Positions 23,101 through 35,944 of a stretch of 64,000 nt of DNA are shown here, piece by piece. The DNA comes from Carcharhinus longimanus (lineage: Eukaryota). The notes beneath the pieces were generated by a model, which had not been told where the DNA came from, searched no databases, and worked only from the letters and a program-made list of their open reading frames with translations. Location: NCBI GenBank assembly GCA_030264375.1, contig JASCQW010000098.1, positions 53,524,996-53,588,995 of the forward strand, given 5' to 3'. How positions within the stretch are numbered: the stretch's first letter is position 1; each line of letters opens with the position of its first letter. A program made the translations under genes and the position numbers.

Positions 23101-24389
23101 GATTGCACATAGACTTTGCGGATTGTTTGTGGGACATATGTTCCTCATCCTTGTTGATGCACATTCAAAATGGCCAGATGTCTAGATAATGAAGTCTGCT
23201 ATGCCAACAGCCACAATCAACAGGTTACAACAGATCTTTACCATTCATGGCATCCATGAGGTGTTAGTGTTCAACAATGACACAGCATTTATAGGTAAGG
23301 AGTACCACCAGTCTGTCAGCTCAAATAATATGCACCACATTTGGTTAGTCCCTTACCACCCAGCCTCATTCAAATATTTAAAGCTTCCATGAAGAAACAA
23401 GCTCAGAGGCCACTAACTGTACATTTGACAGTTTCTTTTTATTGTAATACACCAGGTCAAATGCAAGGGTTATGCCAGCTGAATTGTTAATGGGGTGTTG
23501 CATACAAACCTGCTTGATTTGTTAGGGAGAGTGGAGGCTAGGCAAGCCTCCCAGAAAGAACGCCATGACTCAAAGAAAGGAGACAGAGCATTAGAGATTG
23601 ATGACCTAGTCATGGCAAGAAACTTTGTTGGTGGACCAGCCTCAATGTCAGGATGAATTGCAGAGAGCACAGACCAGTTTCATACGTGTTAGAAGTTCAA
23701 GGTCACTGTGTGAAAAAACATGTGGATCATTTGACAAAGAGAGCTGAGCCTGATCCAGGGGGCTGACAGGCATGTCCTGCAGTCGACCCGTGTACCAGTT
23801 ATGGAACTAGGGATACTTGTGACCTCTGTGGAGCCAAGGCAGCCTTTGGCTTCTGTAGCCATGGAGGAAGAAGCCACTAGGGAAGATGATGATCCTAAGC
23901 TGATGAGTTTGCCTTTTGCTTTGTGGGACCAAATTCATTGCTTGATGAAGGACCCTGCATAGAATTGTAGCATTCCACAAGAGTTTGGAAGTCTCTGGAT
24001 CAACTAACTTTGTGAGTGGGCTATCCTTTGGTGTCCCTAATATGATCTTGTGTCTGTATGCATTTGTATAATGGTATATAATGTTTCTCCTTTGTTTTTA
24101 CTCATAGGTGGAGTCAAGAGTTAGGGGGAAGGAGTGCGGTGACATGGCCTCTTTAAGGGGTGATCTGTTGGGGGCCACAGGCTGGCCCCTATGGAGTGGA
24201 GGTGTAGAAACTTAGTTAATTGAGACTGAGGGCATGAGTGCTGAGACTGGGAGGACCTCACTTGGAGTCAGGGAAGAGAAGGAGTTGACCTGTGCATATG
24301 TTCTGTCAGACCCTCAGAATGTAGATAGTTATTATAGTTTAATAAAAACCTCTTGTTGGAGCCATATCGAGTCACCTCCAGTTGTTACA
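20141..24389 (+). mobile_element. Complete-boundary degenerate Gypsy provirus (probably Mag-like)
   Basis: 5' LTR 20141-20395 and 3' LTR 24135-24389 (TG...TACA). GAAAC TSD at 20136-20140 and 24390-24394. PBS TGGCAATGAGG, PPT AGGGGGAAGGAG. Gag start MSLIGKIELFD, protease FDTGTA, RT YLDD at 21872-21883, RNase H CDAAPYGVG, then integrase. Confidence 0.95.
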
Positions 24390-24420
24390 GAAACCAAAGG
24401 CAGCGGTAAAGGATTTATAT

Positions 24421-25562
24421 TTGTATGGGTAAACATTAGAAATAAGGTAGTTTTAAGTTGGTTTAACTTAATGTTTCAGTGTCTGGAAGGGAGTTGTAGT
24501 TAGATTTCATGCTGAACAGAAGTGTTTGTCTGTTTGGGGGTTAGTTTCAGTTCCAGCTGATATTATGCTTAGAGAGTTAGCCATGAAGAAAGATAATTGC
24601 ATAGAAACTAGAGAGGTTCCGTAAGGGGAGCAGAAGCTTTATTTGTTGTTTAGTTTCAGCTGAAAACTAGAGGCATTTGGAGACAGACCATGAAGCAGTA
24701 AACAACTCTCTCTCAGCTCTGCTAGGGGACGCTAAATAGGAACTAGCTATTTTAGCTTTGCTGTAGGAAACACCCTGCAATGGAATATTTGTTCAGACAG
24801 CCAGTGACAAAGATTTAGAGTAACTAATTAAGAAGCTAGAGAAATTACGTTTCTAAGAAGTCTGGAGTTAGAAGCAACAATGAAGAAACTAGGAAATAGA
24901 ATAGGATTCTCTTCAGGGACAGCAGACAAAGCTGAGAAGAAATTGATTGGTGAGGATAATAGAAATATATTTCCTGAGAATAATCCTAAAGTTTAAAATA
25001 CGTTACTAACTTCTATAAATAAATTATAAAGTATTGACTAGATATCAGATTGGTGTAACAGTGAAAACCTGAAAGGGTTAATCTGAAATTCTGACATGGA
25101 CTTGCTGCTAAAAGTTGAGCAGAAGATCTGATCAAACAGGTTTTTGGAAAATATGAACTAGATTTTGGAATGCAGCTCACTGGTGAATGAATTGCTATGA
25201 GAGAAGATTTTAAAACATACTTTGAGAGTGGAGTTTGGAAGCTCTGATGTGACGATCATCTGGAAGGATTCTGAGGAAAAGTTCATAAACACTAACTTTG
25301 TATGTGAATTAGACCATTGTAGCTTCAAATGGACTTTGTCTTCATGTTAATCTTAAAACCTGTGTATTGGTTAAACTAAAGGACATGTAAAGAATTATTG
25401 TATTATAGTCCATTTTTCATTGTTTTTTCTTTTTATCAAAACTAATTAACAGTTCTGTGACTCTGTCCCTCCATGTTTGATAAAAAAGAAGTCTGTCTTT
25501 TGAGCCAGAATTCAATTCTGCGATCTTCCTATCTAGTTATTACATCAACTGGGATCATAACA
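24421..25562 (+). mobile_element. Probable long solo LTR
   Basis: Ends GGGATCATAACA and starts TTGTATG (close to TGTTATG). ATAT on both sides; no coding remnants. Confidence 0.55.
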
Positions 25563-25671
25563 ATATATTTCTTTCTAGTTTGTTTGATGTTGGCGTTTGG
25601 AGGTGATTTATATTAGCTTTCACTGGTAGCATTAAGAGCACCACCCATCATGACCTGATATGCTAAAGAGT

Positions 25672-25957
25672 TTAAAGTTTATTTATTAGTGTCACAAGTA
25701 GGCTTACATTAACAGTACAATGAAATTTCCTAGTCAGCACACTCCGGTGCCTGTTTGGGTGCACTAAGGGAGAATTTAGCATGGCTAATGCACCTAACCA
25801 GCACATCTTTCAGACTGTGGAGGAAACCAGAGCAAACCCACACAGGCACAGGGAGAATGTGCAGACTCCCCAGACACAGTGACCCAAGCTGGGAATCGAA
25901 CCCAGTTCCCTAGTGCTGTGAGGCAGCAGTGCTAACCACTATGCAACCTTGCTGTCC
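25672..25957 (-). mobile_element. tRNA/V-type SINE, alternative-tail subfamily
   Basis: Collinear with 2436-2733. Confidence 0.85.
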
Positions 25958-26646
25958 TCCCATAATTATTGGCTATACTTAATAGATTGCCATCATATTG
26001 TTGATCCCTGAATGCATTTACAAAAAAAAAACTTGCATTGCCTTGTTTGAATTCCAGGACATTCTCTTGAGAAGACAGCACACCTGGCAAGAGATTGCAA
26101 AAAAGCATTGAGAGAGGAGGTGAACTTAACTGCCACAAGCAGTGTTCTTATATTCTTCCATCAGCTGATACAGATTTGCAACTGTCTCCCTGTTAACCTT
26201 GAGATTACAGAGCCATTTCTTCATGGTTGTTATAGAGAGTGGTATAGAGACAGCTCTGGCCAATTTGTTCTGGCACGATACTTCCTTCATCTTGTACCAC
26301 TTAAACCACACAATCTTGCATTTGTTATATGCAGAACTTCTTTTGATGTGCTCTCTTTTGTCTGTTGCTGTTTAGTTGAAATCTTGTACAAGTTTTCCTG
26401 CAGTCTGGCAGACAATAATTAACAATTTTTAAGAACATTTTTAAAGCTCGCAGAGTAGAATAAAAGTTAACAAAATACTGTAAAGGGATTACAAACATTT
26501 CAATAAAAATTGCAACTCCTGTTCTCCTTTAAGAACTACATTTCATATGAAACTTCTAGTCTTTCTATTTGAAATGTGTTTTGAAGGTAGAAAGAACAGA
26601 AAATTCTGGCAAATATTCATTTAAACATGTTTGCATGCATCTTGAA

Positions 26647-26863
26647 GCCTGAAATTGAAATTTTCCAGTGCCTCCCTCACCCAACTTTGGCAGGTTTCTG
26701 CATGGTGCAGGGAGCTCATCAGTGGCCACTGGCAGAATCTTCTAGTCCCACTGAAGACTATGGCATTTTGCTTAGCTTGCTTGCCCCATTATCAGAAAAC
26801 CCAGGACAGGAGTCAAAAGGACTGAAAAATCACACTGGCAGGAAAGGCTTGAAAATTCCACCC
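26647..26863. mobile_element. Harbinger-like MITE
   Basis: Ends GAAATTTTCCAG and TTGAAAATTCCACCC. Confidence 0.45.
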
Positions 26864-26884
26864 TCCATGATATCTGAATTTAGA

Positions 26885-27345
26885 CCATAAGGCCAAAGTA
26901 GTTGAAATGAAAAACAAGTGGACACTATGTTGCCTGTCTATCTCTGTAGCATCAACTGGTGCACAATCATCTACAAATAGGAAATTGTGAAGAATGTATT
27001 TAGAGACCTTAATCCTTGCCTTAAGTCGTCTCAGATTGAGCAGCTTTTTGTCTGTGCCAGATTTCCACACCAGAATCACCACCAAAGAAGACATCAGAGA
27101 GCTGGTTGTCACAAAAGGAACTTGGCAATTTTCATTTGTATTCATTTGGAAAATGGAGGTATTTGTATTCCTGCGGGATGGTTTCTTGCTCCTACAATGA
27201 ATTACAAGAATTCAATGAACTTCTTGAGCAGGCATGGACCACTAGCCTTGCAGACCTCAGCTGGGATAACATCAGCTCCTGGAGCTTTGCCGCTAGACAT
27301 CAATTTGATTGCATTTATCATTTCTAACAACGTAAGAGGATCATC
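26885..27345 (-). mobile_element. RTE-clade LINE RT fragment
   Basis: LLNLRRLKARIKVSKYILHNFLFVDDCA, the RTE-type NLRRL..K.KV...LLFADDCAL motif. Confidence 0.75.
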
Positions 27346-27981
27346 AAAAGAGCAATTGACAACCTGTTAATTTGCTCCTTTATTGATGAATGAAGGGTGT
27401 TTGAGGATGTAATTAAAGTATTCTGCCTATCTTTCTAGAATCTTTGTGAGCAATATTGAAATATGGACACTGAGGATTTGTGATGAGCTAGTGGACTGGC
27501 TAGAACACAGATTTCAGACCATTGTATAATCTCTTGAAGTCTTGTAATCTGCACATGATTGAAGCTGGTCTTTCCAATTCAGCTATGCTTTTCCAGACAA
27601 ATTGGCACCATATAAAACAGAGCTCAATTTTAAATATTCCCTTTATAAGAAACATGATAAAAATACATTTCCTAAAAGCACGATATCATCACATCTGGCC
27701 ATTTTTGAAAATATCCTTCCCAGGTTTGTCACATGCCTCTTGTTGTTTTGTCTGCTGAGAGCCTTGATTGGATGGTGGGGTGTTAATTCCTTCTGAAGCG
27801 ACCTGTTTGCTGCTCCTTCTTCAGTCATCTGTGCATAAATGATACTATGCTTTATGCAGCCCTTTCAGAGGTGGCCAACCTCAGGATGTAGCTTTCAGCA
27901 CATGTTCTCCCTGCTTTGCCTCATTTAGTGACCTTCCAGTTTGTAGCTTCTGCAGTAGGCTGTGCTGCATATGGTAACCAT

Positions 27982-28247
27982 TATGTGGAGATGCCAGCAT
28001 TGGACTGGGGTAAACACAATAAGAAGTCTCACAACACCAGGTTAAAGTCCAACAGGTTTATTTGGTANNNNNNNNNNNNNNNNNNNNNNNNNNNNNNNNN
28101 NNNNNNNNNNNNNNNNNNNNNNNNNNNNNNNNNNNNNNNNNNNNNNNNNNNNNNNNNNNNNNNNNNNAATAGGTTGGACTAAAACCTGGTGTTGTCAGAC
28201 TTTTTACTGTGTTTACGCCAGTCCAACGCCGGCATACCCACGTCATA
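27982..28247. mobile_element. Penelope-like terminal repeats in inverted orientation around a gap
   Basis: TTGGACTGGGGTAAACACAATAAGAAGTCTCACAACACCAGGTT pairs with AACCTGGTGTTGTCAGACTTTTTACTGTGTTTACGCCAGTCCAA. Confidence 0.65.
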
Positions 28248-28384
28248 GTTTGTTGTGTACAGTGGTCTGTTTGAGGTTGTGCTGTTGTTTGAAGGCAACA
28301 AGTTGGGGTGTGGGGATGGCCTTGGCGAGATATTCATCTTCATCAATGACATGTTCAAGGCTCCGGAGGAGATATCATAGCTGT

Positions 28385-28575
28385 AAAGATTTGCATTCCA
28401 ATCATTATTTTGTAAATTGAGTTTGTGTCTTTATATGCCTTGTTTGTGAACAGAACTCCCACTTACCTAATGTAGGGACAGCGCTCTGAAAGCTTGTGGC
28501 TTATGCTACCAAATAAACCTGTTGGACTTTAACCTGGTGTTGTGAGACTTCTTACAGCATATCGTAGCCACATGT
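28385..28575 (+). mobile_element. Penelope-like 3' terminal repeat with decayed hammerhead-like core
   Basis: CCTAATGTAGGGACAGCGCTCTGAAAGCT...AATAAACCTGTTGGACTTTAACCTGGTGTTGTGAGAC. Same family as 27982. Confidence 0.6.
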
Positions 28576-29019
28576 CCAGATTTTATACAGGTGCGACAAA
28601 ATCAGGGCTGCATCAAATCTCAGCTGCCTCCAATGGTGAAGCTGGAAAGGGGTGGAAAATGGTTCCAATGGCATCCACCTTCAAGACCTAATCCCAAAAA
28701 TTGTTGACTTCGCTATTGTTTCAAGCCACCTGAACCTACCTGGCAAGGAATGTAAGTACATCCATGACAGGGATGTGGAGGTTATACTTATGGATTGTCA
28801 CCAAGCACATCCATTGTGTCTTTTGCATTGTTAGCTCTGCAGTGTGTATCAGTGGTGACACCTGCTTTCCTTTCTCCTTGAATGCCTACAGAAACTTCAG
28901 GCATCTCATAATGTTTCTGAACATAATATTATTACGGGCACAGACAGAGAAACAAACTGAAGTACTTTGTTTCTCACCATCTATCTAAAGGCAGAAGTGT
29001 TTTAATTTTTGAAATAAAC

Positions 29020-30116
29020 TGTGGCGTATTTCCCCAAATCCTCTGTTTATGAAATCAATTTTCAATTTATGAAATCAATTGCAGCAAACTCTCTTTAGAA
29101 TTAAATCAGAAATATTGTTATTCATACACTAAAAGCTAGGGACAGTCATTGCAAATACATACACACACAAGCATACAAGAAAGAGATAGGAAAGAAAAGA
29201 GTTTTACGACTGGGAATAACTTAAAACAAAAAACATCAAAGATATGGAGTCAAATTTTACTGTCCAGCCTGCCACGGGAATCAGAGCGGGTGAGTTGCAG
29301 ACCATGGAAAGGTCCAATGACCTTGGGTGGGATTTTACACTTTCGGGACGTACAAGACCATAAAATTCCACCCATGGATATTAATTCATGTGAATGTCAG
29401 AGTCCAGTGAGGGTTTCTTCATTGAGGAGTTCAAGTGGATTCAGCTAGCTAAAATCAGGAGCTATTGAATTTTTTCAAATTTTATGATAGCACAGAAAGT
29501 TGGTATTCTGAGACTTGATCCACTCAACAAACAATGTCAGGCATCTTCCAGAGAACAAGGTTTCAAGGAGGTTTAGACTTGAGGCAAACTTTGTTGTCAG
29601 CTTGGAGTCTGGCTTTGGTGGTGAAAAACTAGATGTTTAGCAACAGATTGCCCTGTGCACCCTAGAATGTAATGTTAAAACATTTCAAAAGCCAAAGGAG
29701 CTTAGGTCATCGGAGATTGTCCCCTGATTAGTTAATTTCAAGGTTACAATTAGTTTTTATGCCTCTGGTCAAAATCCATTGTTCACCGGAGATGATAGAT
29801 GATGGTTAATAGTGCTCCTTGGATATAATATCTCTTATCAGTCCAGGCTAGAGAGAAAGACCACCCGCTGCTTTCTTGTTTCATTGATTGTAATAGGTCC
29901 ACACAATGATAGATTTGAGATTTCATAAGGATGAGGGTTGAGCTTTGTTCTATAATTAGTCTTGGAAGTTTCCAGAACTGTAGCTAACTTGTAAATCATG
30001 TGACCTGTAGCAAACATGTTTGTTTTGGTCCAGTGAAGTCCATTTTTAAATAAGCAGAACATAAGATTTGCTTTACAAATTTATGATCTCTTTCAAATCA
30101 TATGGACATGATAACA
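29020..30116 (-). mobile_element. Possible long solo LTR
   Basis: TGTGG...GATAACA ends with TAAAC/TAAAA flanks. Non-coding; interrupted by a MITE. Confidence 0.35.
29247..29373. mobile_element. Harbinger-like MITE with 3-bp TSD
   Basis: ATG|GAGTCAAATTTTAC...ATAAAATTCCACCC|ATG. Confidence 0.65.
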
Positions 30117-30685
30117 TAAAAATATCCATTGCTGGAGAGCTCTCGCAAACAGAAGATGCCTAAAGATTGAAGTCCACAGCAGTCAAATAAGGCCTTCTTC
30201 ACAGAGAACGTTCAGTCTTGGGTCATGTATTCTTCCCTCTTGTTCATTGTCATCCTGACAGTTACACACATCTCTTGGCGTGGAACTCAACTTGGAGGTT
30301 GAAGCCACAGCTGAATGTTGAGTCTTCACTGTAATGTCAATAGGCCTGAGCCAGCATGAAGCTCCATCTGTCACAGGAGAGTTCAACTATTGTTGGGACA
30401 TGAGGTCAAAACTAACATTGAGAACCACCCAAAAACAAAACAAAAACATTTGCAGCTTGGAACTTAGACCTGATCTTAGCTAAAGGCTGAATTCACATCC
30501 AAAATGCAACCATAAATAAAAAGTTGTGTAGTAGATAGAATTAATAACAAATTTTATTGAAGAGCCAATTATCAAGTTTTTCAGTTTCATTGGCAATGAT
30601 TTTGCATTTATGCCATCAGTGCAGTTGATCATACAATATTTTTTACAGAAAAACAAGGTGAAACTTTTCCAATACTATTGATGAA

Positions 30686-31000
30686 GGAGATGGCAGCTTA
30701 GTGGTATTGTCACTAGACTAGTAATCCAAAGGCCTAGGGCAACCTGGGTTTGAATCCCACCACGGCAGATTGTGAAATTTGAATTCAATAAAAAAACTTT
30801 GTCGATTGTCATTAAAACCTTTCCTTCATTACTTTTTTTTAAGGAAGGAAATCTGACACACTTACCTGGTCTGGCCTACATATGACTCCAGATCCACAAT
30901 TATGTTGTTGACTCTTAAATACCCTCTGAAGTGGCCTAGCAAGCAACTCAGTTGAAGAGAATTAGGGATGGACAATAAATGTCAGCTCATAAATGATACG
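30686..31000 (+). mobile_element. tRNA-derived SINE family B
   Basis: TGGCAGCTTAGTGGTATTGTCACTAGACTAGTAATCC...GGGTTTGAATCCC head; GTTGACTCTTAAATACCCTCTGAAGTGGCC body. Confidence 0.75.
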
Positions 31001-32139
31001 GAATTGGAAAGAAAACTCTTCTACTCTGTAAACATGCTTTTATTCCATTAATCTGGACCAAATCACTTATAGATCCCAGATACAAACAATCACATAAAAA
31101 TACTGCATTGCATCCAAGAACCCATTTATACCCCAAATAAATAAATCAACTTCAGTGTTGCTAATCTCAACAGATGTCTAAATTGAAAACACAAAATCAA
31201 TTACTTATCTTTAAAAGACTTCCCGCCTCCATGCAGCTGGTGTAAAATAGCTGGTGAATCGTGGCCACCTCACATAAAAACTGAACATTTTTCAGAGATG
31301 GGCACTGAATGTACCCACTGCTATTTAAATTACCTTGCTAATAGAAGGGCAACTATTCACATTCCACACCATCTACTCTCCTCAGGAAAATGGCAGAGGG
31401 TAGAAACAGATGTTGGATTTCTAGCTGCTTCACCTAGCAACCATTATTTTGCCGTTCTACCGCTGTGCACTTCCGATTTGGGACGGGAAAATTCTGGCCA
31501 TGTTTTTTCAGTTGCGTGTCCATACAAGCACGGGCCTGATGTTACTGCCATATTATAACAATTTAATACCATTTTAAGAAGTGTTGATGAAACTGAAGTA
31601 GTTCTGGTTACAGTGTTTTCACACAATCAAAACTTTCATATCACCATAGATTGGTCTATACTTATATGCTTTGCAGTTATGCTGCTTTCTACACTTTTAA
31701 AATATTTTATGGTTATGGACATATCTTATAACTGAGATCATTTTGCAGTTGAAAAGTAAATTATAACGAATGTTGAAAATATTGTAATTCTCTGAAGACA
31801 CTATAGAAACATAGTTTAATTGCTGTTCCACTGCCTCCAGCTAACAGCTAGATTACACTTTTCTATGCACACCTGCCACTGTTTCTCCTCAGTGCAAATT
31901 TTTAAAAACTAACTTTGTTAACCAACTTTTTTTTTATAAACTGGCTGGGATGATGATGTTTGCTGCTGTCAAATCTTTATGGGAATAATTGTTCAGCAAT
32001 ATGTAAAAAAGAGGAGAATGATAAAATAACCAAACTGCTATAACCAGGAACCAGTGGTAACAGCAATGATTACAGCCACTGTTTCTTCAGGCTATTCCCC
32101 TTAGCAAAAGTTTTAAAGTAAGTTTTAATCAAGTCCATT

Positions 32140-32979
32140 GGAGGTGATTTTACCATTCTGTTGCACCTGTCTTTGGATGCGACGTGGTGGTAAAGTCAGG
32201 TGTAAAGTGCTTAGCGCGATTGGTGCCAGTATTCATCACGAGCACCATTTACGAGTGCCACATTTCCGGCGCAGTCAGTCTCACGCTGGAAATGGGTGGA
32301 AGTGGGTTAATATATGGAAATATGTTATAATGCTGTTTTACATCTGTTTATTGAGCCCGACACTCAATCGTCTGGATCTGATCCCCTTTATGATCTCACT
32401 GGGAAAGGTTTGCACCAGCTAGGAATAGACATGTCTATGAGGCCATTGAGGCCCTCCAGGGAGGCCTAGGGCAAGGGGGTTGCCCCTTGGGCACTGCCGG
32501 ACTGGCACCTAGGCAACGCCCAGCAGCAAGTACATGGGGATGGGGCTGATGGGGTAGGGTGTCAGCTGCCACTCTGCAGCAATTGGCAGGAGGAGGGAGA
32601 GGGGGCCTGCTGCCACTCTGCTGTCTGCGATTGGTGGAGGGAGGGGGTGTCCATGATTGGTCTGGGTGGTGGGGGTGTCGGCAGGGGGGGGGAGCTGCTT
32701 CAGGCAACTTGCACTAGCAGGGGCCTGACAGCTCTCTCTTTTCTGTCAGATCCCTGCTACTGCTAATGCGCATGTGCAGCATCGGAGGCCTGCACATGCA
32801 CAATACTTCTCTCTGCAGGGTTTTGGACATGTTAAGCCTCATCCACAGTTTTCTGCAGTGAACAACAGGCTTGCTAATATTTCTGCAGGCGTGCATATGG
32901 GGGGGCCAAAATGGATCTGAAACACTCCCAGTTTCAAGTCTGCCCAGCATTTAGAGTAAAAGTGGTAAAATAGCAGTCA
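32140..32979. mobile_element. Harbinger-like non-autonomous element
   Basis: Ends GATTTTACCA and TGGTAAAATAG. Shares the subterminal GGATCTGAAACACTCCCAG with 52332-53202. Confidence 0.65.
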
Positions 32980-33699
32980 TTATCTAATCTACAGAGGTGC
33001 TATTTTTAAACAAAAGGACTGCACTACCTATGCATAATATTTTAATTCTCCCCACCCCAGCAACTTCCATAATGAGATGCACGCAATTTTTTCAAATTAC
33101 TGCCTCCATCAGGATATTTGTTGGTCGACTTTCTCCTGAACAAATAACATCATGGAACGTGCACTGTGAGACGTGCTTCAATGCAGCTCCCATTTGAACT
33201 GATGATTCCCTTTCATAATTTTTCCTGTTATACTTCCATTCAATCTATGGTGCTTGTAGGTAATGTTATCACTCAAGAATTATATGGTCAACTCACCAAG
33301 AGGTTTGAAAGCCTACAAAAAAAATTCATCTAGCTTGCATAATATTAAGTTTGATTCTGAGCTTCTTAGTGGCCAAACAGCAAAGGTTTTTAGATTGACT
33401 CATTTTATCAATCATTCATTATATTTTAGTTCTGAAATCGGTCTAACGTCGAAGGGTTGAATGTACTTCTAGTCAACAGATCACCTAATATTAACTGGCA
33501 GTATTCTTGATTTTTAGTTTCATTGCCAATTTTCTAAAATACAGTTCTACTGTGCAGCTGTTTCCACAGTTTAATAATGGTATCTTCATGATAGCTGATT
33601 GATTGCTAACTGAAGAGATCTGAGAAATATGAACCGGTTTGTAACTGAGAGTCAGCAGTGCGCAACTTCTAATCTCTAGCAGAAGAACTTGGAAAAGCA

Positions 33700-34900
33700 G
33701 GGCTGGATTTTCACTGCCATGCAAGTAGCTTGTGTGGATTTGGCAGACTGTTAAAAGTGCCCCAAATGTCCTGATCTTCTTTAATCTTGGAGGTAGGGTG
33801 GGATATGACCCATACATCCCATGCAAAATCAATGCCAACCTCTGTCCTCCATCTACTGCCCCAGCCACTTATAGCTTCCATGGTATCTCAATGCCAAATT
33901 ATGCTCCCTACCTACCCACACAGCCCATTTCAGCCCTTATGCCACTCAATGCCAATCAATGCCTTTTACCTATCCCCTTAGACCCTCATACCTTAATTGT
34001 CAACTCAAGGCTTCCATGCTTATTCACCTACTCAACACTCTCTATAGAATCAATGAATCATATATTAAAGATGGGATATGATGAATTGCATTGAAAAAAC
34101 ACAAATTCATAAGCTTCTGATAACCCTGTAGCAGTCAACCATACTCAGTGCTCAAACTTATAAAAAAGGATTAACACTATTTTCATGGCTGGAGAGATTT
34201 ATTGATTTTGCTTGATTGACAGCTCTATGAGCTGGTAATAAGCCATTTTCTGTTTTCTCTTTTGGCAGTAGATCAATGTTTATTTGTGTTATTAAAACTT
34301 CAGCATTCTGATCAATTGACGCTTTTATAGGCTTGCAGAAACACCAGGTATTTTTCAAAAACTTATGGGCGTTTCTAAGCTGTTTAACACATGCCATGAT
34401 TACTATAGGATTCATTGGCCCTGTACAGAATGTATACGAAGTGAATAGGCATGAAAAGGCCCTAGGTTGGGAGGATGTGTTATGAGGGGCCATTCGGGTT
34501 GGGTGGAGGAGTGTGACTTGGCATGGGGGCTACATGGAGTGGGTGGGGAGGCACTGAATTGCAATGGACATGGGTAAGACCTTTTACAGTTACCTTTGAG
34601 AAAGTTTTCAAATACAGACTATGGTTCATGACTCCACTGACAGGCTATGAGCCTGGCCCAACTCCAACAAAGCTGTCCCAACTCCACAAAAATTGCAGGA
34701 GGCCTGCTTCTCCAAAGGAGCCAAAAAAATTGAAACTGCAGAGTTCAGGCTCGCAACCTGAACCCTTACTTTCCCTGACATGGGATATCAGGAATGACAG
34801 CCGGAATCCAGGAGTCAGGTCCCAGTCACCATTTTTAAATTACTTTGGAGTCTTTCCAACTCCTCAAATTCAGCCGGCAGAGACCGATAGTTAATTCCAT
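33700..34900. mobile_element. Degraded Harbinger-like non-autonomous element
   Basis: Starts GGGCTGGATTTTCAC, with mirrored C-rich and G-rich arms. Similar tracts occur at about 51400-51750 and 60890-62120. Confidence 0.4.
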
Positions 34901-35283
34901 CTAACTGAAAATTAAAATAGCCTTTGTATCTGTGTAGGATAGGTATTAGTGTATGCAATTTTGTCATATTTCATTTTGTTGATACAATATTTTGATCCCA
35001 ATTTTGATTTGCAATATATGTGGCAGGGATCCAATAAGAGCTATCAGTGCAATAAAAAAAACTAGAGCCAAGTGATACACTATTGTATGGAGTGAAGTAA
35101 ACATATGAGCCAGATAATTATATTACTCTTTGAGTCTTTTCAAGGTAGCCTCTTTAGTTCTGCCCACACATGTCCTATAATCAGTTTACAAACTGCTGTA
35201 GTAAGTATTGATGCTTGTCATAAGGTGAATTTAGCAGAATTCAGTAATGTAGCAGAAAAAGTAAATAAATAACAGCAAAATAT

Positions 35284-35408
35284 CTCCAAGCATGAATCTC
35301 ATTCCAGGATTTGATATCCACAGAAGATGCATTCATAACCTGGCCAAACAGATTGATTATCAACTTTGTACATCCCCTGATAAGCATTTGGGAGGTGGTA
35401 AGAGTAGC
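35284..35408 (+). mobile_element. Partial copy of tRNA SINE family C
   Basis: Reverse-complement match to about 35595-35722. Confidence 0.7.
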
Positions 35409-35464
35409 GTGTTCAAAAAGTTGACATATGTACATTGAGTTGAACAGTATCCTTTCTCTATCTG

Positions 35465-35768
35465 TCTATTTGTCTCGGTACCATTCCCCAGATGGGTGTT
35501 GGTGACCATGGACTTCTGTAATGGTCCATGGTGATGCTTGGTAAAGTATTGCAGAAATTTACTGTTGCCTTCTGCAGATGGCTGATTAAGAAACTCTCCC
35601 ACTTTTGCCATCTGCCAAAGACTCATCAAAGGATTTATAGGTTGATAATCAATCTGTTCGGTCATGTTATGAATGCACCTTCTGTGGATATCAAGTCCTG
35701 GGGTGAGATTCAAGCCTGGAGTTTCTAACTGAGAGGTAGGACTGCTACCACTGTGCCACAAGACCAAC
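35465..35768 (-). mobile_element. tRNA-derived SINE family C
   Basis: Head on - strand TGTGGCACAGTGGTAGCAGTCCTACCTCTCAG...GGCTTGAATCTC (A/B boxes). The 3' part is reminiscent of RTE-type tails (tentative). Confidence 0.65.
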
Positions 35769-35944
35769 TGACTTCCTTTTTTTGTTGTGTAATCCAGTGA
35801 TTCAGTGTAATCAGAATCTCAGCATTCATTAAGTAAAGATAAAGGCCCAGATCTTTATGAATTTGAGAAGATTCTGTGGAACACCAAAATGGGAGGCAAA
35901 ACTGATCACTTAAGTCTTGCCCCATTTCCAACATTGCTTGGAAG

